The translations under genes and the position numbers were made by a program. A DNA stretch of 64,000 nt from Pristiophorus japonicus (lineage: Eukaryota). The DNA is taken from positions 65,720,001 through 65,784,000 of the forward strand of contig NC_091997.1 in assembly GCF_044704955.1 (NCBI RefSeq), given 5' to 3'. The notes beneath the pieces were generated by a model. It had not been told where the DNA came from, did no database searches, and saw only the letters and a list, made by a program, of their open reading frames with translations. Of the stretch, positions 21,418 to 33,400 are shown piece after piece. The first letter of the stretch is position 1, and every line of letters begins with the position of its first letter.

Positions 21418-24400
21418 CTGGTGGAGAATGAAATAAAACCCACATTCAGTTTAAACAGGTAACCACTTCCGTTCAAACAGCAGCAAGGCTAATTTTAGGC
21501 AAAAGGAAAGTGCTGGGAATATGCAGCACATTGGTCATAGAATCTCACAGCAGAGGAGGCCGCCATTCGGCCCATCGTGCCTGTGCCGACTCTGTGAAAA
21601 AGTTATCCAATTAGTCCCACTTCCCCATCTCTTTCCCCATAGCCCGGCACATTTTCCTTTTCAAGTATTTATCCAATTCTCTTTTGAAAGTTACTATTGA
21701 ATCTGCTTCCACCGCCATTTCAGGCAGAGTGTTCCAGATCACAACAACTCGCTGTGTAAATTTTCAGCGCTGAGGGAGCACTGCACTGTTGGAGGCCCCG
21801 TCTGCTCTCTCAGGTGAACATCAAAGATCTCATGGCACTATTTCAAAGTAGAGCAGGGGTGTTATCCTGTGTGTCCTCGGCCATTATTTATCCCTCAATC
21901 AACATCAGTAAAACAAATTATCTGGTCATTATCACAATGCTCTTTGTGGGAGTTTGACAACACTTCAAAAATACTTCACTGGCTGTAAGGCTTTGGGGTG
22001 TTCGGAGGTCGTGAAAGACACTGTAGAAATGAAAGTCTTAACTTTCTATTGCCACAGGCTCCCCCACCCCACCTTTTGCATTATCCCTTTCCTCTGCGAG
22101 GAGCACGCAGCCTTTATTCCACCCTGCCGAGTGCTCGGAGGCGCCCGTTTATCCGTGCCACTGCTAGGCAGATGTTTGTTGAGCAGCACCTGTTGGGCAC
22201 ATGACCTCTGGTGACCCCGGGGCACAGTACCTGCATGACTTTGGGCAGGATGGTCTTGTTGAAATGGTCCTCCAGCGTCGGAGAACTGAAGTCCCGTTTG
22301 TACAGATCCTCTTCTTCATCCTGTTAAACGGGAAACAAGAGGGTCACTCAGTCTGACACACTACATGGCGGGGTTCACACCGATTAACGAGTAGTGTATT
22401 CTCAGGACAGACTAAACATAGTTTTATAACAAAAAGCACATCAAACTCCCTCGATGGCCCAGTGTATGCAGGAATCAGCCCTTGCTCGAGCACCCCTCAG
22501 GAGATCAGGGCTGTCCTCTCCATCTCCCAAAGGTGTTGCCTCTCACTGGGGCCTGCTTCCACAGGCATTGGTAGCCTTTCTGTAACTCGTCCGAGTGACC
22601 ATTACTTTTGGGTGATACCAGGCAGCGGACTATCCCACTGTGGAAGGCATCACAGCGGATGCCCAATCCTGACCCCACGTACCTATCGTGACCAGGAGTG
22701 TGAACATGGGCTGGTGCATCTGCCAACTGAGCCACCAGGGAACCCCAAAATATTGGAGTTTGTGTTTTGTGTCGGCCTCACTCACCATGAAGAAGGCGCC
22801 TCTGTGGTAGTATTTCTGCAGGAACTTGTATTTTCCTTTGTTGGCCTTGTTGGTGATGGCTTTGCTGTTGGCTCGAAGCTCCGCTCGCCTCTCCTCCTCC
22901 GTCAGATTATGCATCCGGTCAATCTCAGCCTTTTCTTTCTCCATGCTGCAAAACGGGGAGACCATCAAACAAGACAAGAACTTTCACAATGATAAATAAT
23001 CACCTCATCCACGCAGTCAGATAGAGAGAGGGAAAGCGAGATTAAGTTTACTCAGAGTCCGAATTACTGTATTGACTCGTATATAGGTCGCACACTGAGC
23101 AGAGTACCATACTGACTCATGTAGACGTACACTACTCAGAAATGCTCTAACTTGTAAATAGGGTAGCCTTTCAGCAAAAAAATGAGTTGGGTATGTGGCT
23201 TATATGCCAACTGATTATTTTTCTGCGGGGCGTGGGGGTGCAGCCTTTATGAAGAACTGGTATACTTGTGATTAAATACAGTAGGGACAGATGAAACACA
23301 GATAGCACAAGTACTCACGACTCCCGCTCCTCTCGGTCCCGTTTGATGCGTTTAAGTTCCCGCACTTTCCACGACTCGTACTCCTCTTCATCGTTCTCGT
23401 CATCGGTGTTCAGTGCGTCGAGAGCGGACAGTGTTCTCCTCGACTCCTCGATCTCCCGTCTGGCCTCCTCCTCCACAATCTGAAAAATACTGCTCATGTA
23501 CCATGGAACCACCGGTACTGCTCTCGCCGCCCCGTCCCGCATACTGCTCTATCCATCCCCCCCCACCCCACTGCCCCGTCCCGCATACTGCTCTATCCAT
23601 CCCCCCCCCCACCTCACTGCCCCGTCCCGCATACTGCTCTATCCATCCCCCCCCCCACCCCACTGCCCCGTCCCGCATACTGCTCTATCCAACCCCGCAC
23701 CCCTGCACTCCCCCACACCCACCCCTACTCATCTCCCGACCCCCCCACTGCCCTCCCCCTCATCTCCCCCCCCCCACCCCACTGCCCCGTCCTGCATACT
23801 GCTCTATCCACCCCCCACACCCACAGCCCCGTCCCGCATTCTGCTCTATCCATCCCCCCCCACCCCACTGCCCCGTCCCGCATACTGCTCTATCCATCCC
23901 CCCACACCCCACAGCCCCGTCCCGCATACTGCTCTATCCATCCCCCCCCCCACCCCACTGCCCCGTCCCGCATACTGCTCTATCCAACCCCGCACCCCTG
24001 CACTCCCCCACACCCACCCCTACTCATCTCCCGCCCCCCCCACTGCCCTCCCCCTCATCTCCCCCCCCCCACCCCACTGCCCCGTCCTGCATACTGCTCT
24101 ATCCACCCCCCACACCCACAGCCCCGTCCCGCATTCTGCTCTATCCATCCCCCCCCACCCCACTGCCCCGTCCCGCATACTGCTCTATCCATCCCCACCC
24201 CACCCCACAGCCCCGTCCTGCATACTGCTCTATCCATCGCCCCCCCCCCCACCCCACTGCCCCGTCCTGCATACTGCTCTATCCATCCCCCACACCCACT
24301 GCCCCGTCCCGCATACTGCTCTATCCATCCCCCCCCACCCCACTGCCCCGTCCCGCATACTGCTCTATCCATCCCCCCCACCCCACTGCCCCGTCCCGCA

Positions 24401-27400
24401 TACTGCTCTATCCATCCCCCCCCCCCCCACCCCACTGCCCCGTCCCGCATACTGCTCTATCCATTCCCCCCCCCCCCCCCCACCCCACTGCCCCGTCCCG
24501 CATACTGCTCTATCCATCCCCCCCCCCCCCCCCACCCCACTGCCCCGTCCCGCATACTGCTCTATCCATCCCCCCCCCCCCCACCCCACTGCCCCGTCCC
24601 GCATACTGCTCTATCCATCCCCCCCCCACCCCACTGCCCCGTCCCGCATACTGCTCTATCCAACCCCGTACCCCTGCACTCCCCCACACCCACCCCTACT
24701 CATCTCCCCCCCCCCCCCCCTGCCCTCTCCCACACCCACCCCCTCATCTCCCCCCCCCCCCAACTGCCCTCCCCCACCCCTACTCTTCCCCCCACCCCCA
24801 GGCCTACTCTTTTCTCCCCCACCGCCCCAGCCCCATCCCCCAGTCTGTTCCCCATCCCCCAGTCTGCTCAACCCACACCCCCACCAAAATCGAACTATCG
24901 AACTTCCCCTCCCATTCCCCACAAATCACCCCACTGCCTGTTCAAAAAAAAAATCCCTGCAGTGCCCCCGAGCTGGGAGAGTGGGTGAAAGCAGCCAGTG
25001 CGCCCACTCCTGATCCCTATCCAGGGACCTGTGCTGGAATGGGTGCAGGAGGACTGGGTCCCACACACACAGCAGTGAAGCGCTGCGCCCTGCAGACTGC
25101 AATCGCTACCTTCAATGTGTACTTGCGCTGCTCCTCGCTCAAGCGCTTTGCCTCTTGGTCCAGCTCCTTCTGCTTGACAGCCTCAGCCTCACGTTCCTGC
25201 ACAGTAACTCGGTCCTTCCTGGGGAAAGTCAGACGCTGGAGTTAGTCAAGGGACCTGCACACGGGCTCATGGTACAAACATCAGATGAAAGGAATATAGC
25301 TCCCATCATGACTTCAGGATGCCTCAAAGCACTTTACAGCCAATTAAGTACTTTTGCAGTGCAGTCATTGTTGTAATGTGGTAAACGTAACAGCCAATTG
25401 CACACAGCAAGCTCCCACAAACAGCAATGTGATAATGACAAGATAATCTGTTTTAGGGATGTTGGCTGAGGGATAAATATTGGCCCCAGGGAGAACTCCT
25501 TTCATCTTCTTCGAAATATTGGCCATGGCATCTTTATCGTCTGAGAGGGCAGATGGGGCCTCGGTTTAACATCTGATCCGAAACACGCCATCTCCAACAG
25601 TGCAGCACTCCCTCAGCACTACACTGGAGTGTCAACCTGGATCATGGGCTCAAGCCTTTGGGGTGGGACTTGAACCCACGACCTTGTGTCTCAGAGGTGA
25701 GAGAGTGCTACACACTGAGCTACCGCTGACAACAGGAACTACAACCACTGGTGCTCTTACTGCTTCCAACTGTGACCAGCTAATCCAACACAGGTCAGGT
25801 ACCGAACCCAAGGTCGCCTTGGTCGGATCCCATTGCCGTGACCAGCTGGGCCTCGAGAGGAGCCATCCGTCCAATTAAAAAGCCTCTAATGCATTTAATT
25901 ATCAGCTGGCCAACAGGCTAGCTCATCGACAAGATGCACTGCAGCAACTTGCCAAGGCTTCTTCTACGGCGCCTCCCAAACCCGCGACCTCTACCGCCTA
26001 GAAGGACAAGGGCAGAAGGCGCAAAGGAACACCAACACCTCCACGTTCCCGTCCAAGTTACACACCAACCTGACTGGGAAATATATCGGCCGTTCCTTTA
26101 TCGTCACTGGGTCACAATCCTGGAACCCCCTCCCTGACAGCACTGTGGGAGCACCTTCGCCACACGGACTGCAGCGATTCTCAAGGGGCAATTAGGGATG
26201 GGCAATAAATGCTGGCCATGAACGAGTACAAAAAACACAGCAGGGCACAGATGACAACCCCTCCCTTTCAGTCTCCCCACAACTGCTGAGCTCCCAATCA
26301 ACAGCACCTCCCTGCACAAACTAGCGAGCAGGGGGTCAGAGGTAAAGATAAGACCTGCGGCAGCTGGTCACTGCAGGATCTGTCAGCTCGGAGCACTGCT
26401 CGGAGATGTCTGGGAGCCAGTCCCAGCGCACAGCTGCTGTGTTGCCTAGGGGAAAACAACAGCAAACACCTCAAATGACATCAAACAGATTCAATAACTT
26501 CCAATTACAACTCTTGGGAAATTGCCTGCCAATGTCCCTGGGCCCGCAGCTTACAGGTCTGCACTGAATATACCGAGCACGCGGTACGGCACAGCTCAGA
26601 GGCTAGTTTAAAAAAAAGATCCTATGTGCTCATCAAGATGAAGTATGTTGGGTTAGGAATGGAAAATTTTCCACTTTAGACTCCCGGTGTCAGCATCAAA
26701 CACTCCCAGGGCGGGTACAGCACGGGTTAGATACAGCGTAAAGCTCCCTCTCTACACTGTCCCATCAAACACTCCCAGGGCGGGTACAGCACGGGTTAGA
26801 TACAGCGTAAAGCTCCTTCTCTACACTGTCCCATCAAACACTCCCAGGGCGGGTACAGCACGGGTTAGATACAGCGTAAAGCTCCCTCTCTACACTGTCC
26901 CATCAAACACTCCCAGGGCAGGTACAGCACAGCTGAATAGAGTCAATCTCCCTCTACGCTACTCAAAATGTCTTCGCTTCATTCCCAGAAGAGCGTCTCT
27001 CACTACACTCGATTGACAAGGTTTCTATTTTGGCACCAGCCAGCCTGTGGGTGAGCGAGATTGCCAATTTTATCCCGAGTGCTGGTAATGTTAGGGTGGT
27101 GTTGTGCTGCGTGTTCAGACACTGCAGATTGTTTCCACTCTCCCGACTTTGCAAGTCACTCACGAGAAAGGCTGTGGGTGAGCCAGCTTTACAGATGAAT
27201 CATACCTTCTGATGAAGACAGGCTTTAGCCTGGGTTCAGTCTCGTCCTCGCTGTCCGTATATTCCTCGTACTCCGACTCCTCCTCCGACTCCTCCCCAGA
27301 CCTGCCTTCGTCCTCCAGTTCCAGTAGCTCCATCTCCTCGTTCTCTCTTTCCTGAGCCCGCTGCCTCATCATGGCGCGCCGACGTTCGATTTCCTGCCGG

Positions 27401-30400
27401 AGCACAAGGGGGAGACGGCTGTAAATCTGCCTGGGCTCGTTAACCCCAACAACTCACCCCCATTGTTACAACGGTATTTCCACTCACGGGGGGTGGGGAG
27501 AGACCAGAACGAGGGGCCAAAAATATGATAGTCACCAATAAATGCGATGGGGAATTCAGGAGAAACTTCTCTACCCAGAGAGTGGCGAGAATGTGGAACT
27601 CACTGCCACAGGGAGTGGTTGAGGTGAATAGTATCGATGCATTTAAGATGAATTAAAGCTAGATAAGCGTGTGAGGAAGAAAGGAATAGAAGGATATAGC
27701 TAACCAAACTGGAAACAATACGGTGGAGGAGGATTTCCTGGAGTGCATAAGGGATGGTTTTCTAGACCAATATGTTGAGGAACCAACTGGGGGGAGGGGG
27801 GGGGGGGGGGAGCCATCTTAGACTGAGTGTTGTGTAATGAGAGAGGATTAATTAGGAATCTCGTTGTGCAAGGCCCTTTGGGGAAGAGTGACCATAATAT
27901 GGTGGAATTCTACATTAGGATGGAGAATGAAACAGTTAATTCAGAGACCATGGTCCAGAACTTAAAGAAGGGTAACTTTGAAGGTGTGAGGCGTGAATTG
28001 GCTAGGATAGATTGCCGAATGATGCTTAAGGGGTTGACAGTGGATGGGCAATGGCAGACATTTAGAGACCACATGGATGAACTACATCCTCTATAGATAT
28101 GTAAAGAGAAAAAGGTTAGTAAAGACAAACGTAGGTCCCCTGCAGTCAGAATCAGGGGAAGTCATAACTGGGAACAAAGAAATGGCAGACCAATTGAACA
28201 AGTACTTTGGTTCGGTATTCACTGAGGAGGACACAAACAACCTTCCGGATATAAAAGGGGTCAGAGGGTCTAGTAAGAAGGAGGAACTGAGGGAAATCCT
28301 TATTAGTTGGGAAATTGTGTTGGGGAAATTGATGGGATTGAAGGCCGATAAATCCCCAGGGCCTGATGGACTGCATCCCAGAGTACTTAAAGAGGTGGCC
28401 TTGGAAATAGCGGATGCATTGACAGTCATTTTCCAACATTCCATTGACTCTGGATCAGTTCCTATGGAGTGGAGGGTAGCCAATGTAACCCCACTTTTTA
28501 AAAAAGGAGGGAGAGAGAAAACAGGGAATTATAGACCGGTCAGCCTGACATCGGTAGTGGGTAAAATGATGGAATCAATTATTAAGGATGTCATAGCAGC
28601 GCATTTGGAAAGAGGTGACAGGATAGGTCCAAGTCAGCATGGATTTGTGAAAGGGAAACCATGCTTGACAAATCTTCTGGAATTTTTTGAGGATGTTTCC
28701 AGTAGAGTGGACAAGGGAGAACCAGTTGATGTGGTGTATTTGGACTTTCAGAAGGCTTTCGACAAGGTCCCACACAAGAGATTAATGTGCAAAGTTAAAG
28801 CACATGGGATTGGGGGTAGTGTGCTGACGTGGATTGAGAACTGGTTGGCAGACAGGAAGCAACGAGTAGGAGTAAATGGGTACTTTTCAGAATGGCAGGC
28901 AGTGACTAGTGGGGTACCGCAAGGTTCTGCGCTGGGGCCCCAGCTGTTTACACTGTACATTAATGATTTAGACGAGGGGACTAAATGTAGTATCCCCAAA
29001 TTTGCGGATGACACCAAGTTGGGTGGCAGTGTGAGCTGCGAGGAGAATGCTATGAGGCTGCAGAGTGACTTGGATAGGTTAGGTGAGTGGGCAAATGCAT
29101 GGCAGATGAAGTATAATGTGGATAAATGTGAGGTTATCCACTTTGGTGGTAAAAACAGAGAGACAGACTATTATCTGAATGGTGACAGATTAGGAAAAAG
29201 GGAGGTGCAACGAGACCTGGGTGTCATGGTACATCAATCATTGAAGGTTGGCATGCAGGTACAGCAGGCGGTTAAGAAAGAAAATGGCGTGTTGGCCTTC
29301 ATAGCGAGGGGATTTGAGTACAGGGGCAGGGATGTGTTACTACAGTTGTACAGGGCCTTGGTGAGGCCACACCTTGAATATTGTGTACAGTTTTGGTCTC
29401 CTAACTTGAGGAAGGACATTCTTGCTATTGAGGGAGTGCAGCGAAGGTTCACCAGACTGATTCCCGGGATGGCGGGACTGACCTATCAAGAAAGACTGGA
29501 TCAACTGGGCTTGTATTCACTGGAGTTCAGAAGAATGAGAGGGGATCGCATAGAAACGTTTAAAATTCTGACGGGTTTAGACAGGTTAGATGCAGGAAGA
29601 ATGTTCCCAATGTTGGGGAAGTCCAGAACCAGGGGTCACAGTCTAAGGGTAAGGGGTAAGCCATTTAGGACCGAGATGAGGAGAAACTTCTTCACCCAGA
29701 GAGTGGTGAACCTGTGGAATTCTCTACCACAGAAAGTTGTTGAGGCCAATTCACTAAATATATTCAAAAAGGAGTTACGAGTGGGATCAAGGGGTATGGC
29801 GAGAAAGCAGGAATGGAGCAGGACTGAAGTTGCATGTTCAGCCATGAACTCACTGAATGGCAGTGCAGGCTAGAAGGGCCGAATGACCTACTCCTACACC
29901 TATTTTCTATGTTTCTATGATATGTTGCTGGGGTGAGATGAGAGGGATGGGAGGAGACTGTTGCGGAGTACAAACACAGCATGGACCCGTTGTGCCAAAC
30001 GGCTTGTTTCTGTGCTGTAAATACGCTGTAAAGAGCCCCTCCCACCAGATCCAATGAGCAATAAATCAGTTCCTCCTACCCGCCACCCCCGGCTCAGCCA
30101 GCATTATCCATATTGCACGCTGTTCTGCAGGCACTGACCGTCTCCTGCTCCCTCGCTCAAACGACCTTCCTTTGTGTGTTAATGCGATGAGTGTGTACAG
30201 GCTATTTAAATGTGGGAGGCATCGCATCACAGTAGAGCCCGATCATGTCCTCAGCACATCGCGCACACACGTGCTTTACAGCAGGGTCACAAGATAGTGG
30301 TCCGGATCCCTGGCTCGTCTTTGCTCAAGGGAGGCTGAAGTTAACTGCAGTATATCGACTTGCACCTCAGCTGCGATTGGCTAACGTGCCGGGACCTTCC

Positions 30401-33400
30401 CATTCTGGGCTGGGCTCCTCATCTTCACACTGGGCGTCTACATCTTGGGATTTTTCCCCAAGTAGTATTTAACTGGGGAGACAAAGTTAAAGAATGCAGG
30501 GTCATTGCCCCGCAAACCCGAAGGGTAAACGATGTTACCAGTTGGATTCCGTCATGCTGTTTTATATTCAACTTGTACCATGCAATCTAACTTGAAATGT
30601 TAATAGTATTTGCAACACAGAAACGGGCCATTCGGCCCAACAGGTCCATCCTGGAGTTTGCACTCCACACAGGCTCTTTCCTCCCTACATCAGCATAACC
30701 TTTGATTCCTTTCTCCCTCATGTGTTTGTCTGGCTTTCCCTTAAATGACTCTACACTAGTCGCCTCAGCCACTCTTGTGTTGCCTTTCCTCAGCTGCCAT
30801 CACCGGATAAAATAAGTCCAGACGGGTCAGCGCCTGCGAGAGAGATAAGAGGGTCTCGGGACTGGGGCGAGAATCTGCACCAGGCCTGTGACTCAGAGTC
30901 TCCACCCAATCCGTAACCGCTCTCTTCACTGCCGACGCACTGCCGTGGACCTTCCCGCTTTTAGTTTAAAGTTTCCAGCGCTCGCTGTTCCCCGCCCAGT
31001 GCTATCTGTGCGATGCCCGTGCGCACCTCGTCGTCCACTTCCTCCTCCTCCTCCTCGCTGCTGTCCTCCCGATCCACATGCCACGGCTCGTCCTCGTCCT
31101 CCGACTCCGCCTCCATCACCACCTCCGGCTCGACGATCATCCGGTGGCGGGCCAACCTAGGGAAGGCCAGAGCAAACCCGTCAGTCACGTCCCCGAAGAG
31201 CAACAACCACGCTAAACATTGGACATCACTTCACAAAATATCAAGAACTTGTGTTTATGCAGTGCCTTTCAACATCCTCAGAACGTCCCAAAGTGCTTCA
31301 CAATCAATGAATTAGGTGGGGTGCAGTCACTGATGTTAAGGAGGTAAATGCAACTGCCAATTTGTACGCCCCTCAAGTAGCAATGAAATAAGAGATCAGT
31401 TAGTCCGTTTTTTGGAGATATTTGGGATAAATATCGGCCAGGAGATCTCTGCTGCTCTTCTTTGAATAGTGCCACGAGATCTTTTACATCCACTTGAGAG
31501 AGCAGACAGAAATTTGGTTTGTCGTTGCACCTGAAAGACGGCACCTCCGACAGTGCAGCACTCCCTCAGTACCATACCGAGTCAGCCGTGGGTAGCATTC
31601 TCGCATCTCCGAGTCAGAAGGCTGTGGGTTCAAGTTCCACTCCAGGGACTTGAGCACATAAATCCAGGCTGACACTCCCAGCGCAGTACTGAGGGAGCGC
31701 TGCACTTCCACAACCGGTGGGCACTGGATGGACTGGAATGCTTCATCACCACCAGAAATAGAATTTTAATTTAATTTGTTATGGTTCATTTAAACTTTTC
31801 TCGTTAATGTACAGGTTTTATTGGTTGTTCCCCTTTAACAAGGGGGCAACATGGTTGACTTTAAGTAATGAAAGAGTCAGCAGTCCCCAACTGAGGGGCA
31901 GTGGAACCACTAATCAGCTCCGCCAATACCTTCAGCTGAGCCCAGGCACTTCAACTGGGACTTTCCCTGCTGTGTGGCTTGGGACCGGGCAGTATGTTTA
32001 AGCAGGGAGCTCTGTAATTTTGTAAACAGACCACAAACAATTAAAAGTAAATGCGGATCCCCCTGGCAGACCCCGGGTGCCCGAGACCCTGTGTGTCTGC
32101 CCAGAGGTCCCAGATTCTCTCACCTTTCCTCTACATCCTCGGAGAGCCGGTTCTGGAGACGCTTCAGACGAGGGTCATTCGCCAGCTCCTCCTTCACCTC
32201 GGGCTCTGCCTCCGGATCCTTCTGTTTCTTGACGAACTGGAAATCCTCGTCCTCCTCGTCCGAGGACTCCATCGGCGCATAATCGGGTCGCTTACCAGAG
32301 ACATAGCGCTTCACCTTCACCTTTTCCATCGACACCTCACCTGGGAACAGAAGGCAGCGACGTTCAGTCAAGGGCGCTTCCACAGTTACCGAAGGATCAG
32401 CAACAACTGACCGAAAGGGGCCGGAGTTCCAGGGCTCTCATCCCAGCTACATTGCGGCTGCGCTGAGAGAGAGATTGAAATCACCATGGACGAGGAGCCA
32501 CTCAGTGCAGTGAAGAGCAGGAGGCTATCCCTGGAAGAACGTTGGGATGGGGATGGGTGTGGTCAACAATGAGAATTTTAAAGGAGATGCACAAGGGCTG
32601 AAACAGCTGAGGGGCTCGAAAGAGAGGGTCAAAGGAGTAGAGAGACCAAGGTGTGATTTTGTGATTATTATAGAACAGTCATAGATATTTACAGCACAGA
32701 AGGAGGCCATTTGACCCGTTGTGTCCATCCCGGCCGACAAAGAACTATCCAGCCTAATCCCACTCTCCAGCTCTTGGTCCGTAGCCCTGTAGGTTGCAAC
32801 ACTTCAGGTGCACATCAAAGTGCTTTTTAAATGCGATGAGGGTTTCTGCCTTTACCACCCTTTCAGGCAGTGAGTTCCAGACCCCCACCGCCCTCTGGGT
32901 GAAAACAGTTCTCCTCAACTCCCCTCTAAACCTTCTACCAATTACTTTAAATCTATGCCCCCTGGTTATTGACCTCCCTGCTAAGGTACACAGTCCCCAC
33001 AGCAGTTTGGGTGAGCCAGGTGATGGAAAGTATAGACAGGTGGGAAGGCTGCAGTAAGGGGCAACTTCCAGTCAAAGCCAGATATCCATGCAATCTTCCA
33101 CAGCAACGACATGAATGCCAAGGGCAGAGTTTGTGACTGAGCGAACATTCTGGAGGAATATACGCAGAGGGATGGCGTTCGCTGGTCTGTTGTGGACAGG
33201 TTGCGGTAAGCAGGATTAATCGTCAGCCAGCATGCTGGGCAGGACGGTCGGAGAGAGGAGGATGGGGCAGATGGGGTTGTTTCATGCAAGAATTTATAAT
33301 GGGGAACAAAGAAATGGCAGACCAATTGAACAAATACTTTGGTTCTGTCTTCACGAAGACAGACACAAATAACCTTCCGAAAGTACTAGGGAACCAAGGG

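Noticed and set aside
23413-25245. 610-aa and 505-aa proline-rich ORFs on the plus strand
   Set aside because: They run antisense to MFAP1 across a C-rich minisatellite with variable poly-C runs, and stay open only because stop codons are scarce.
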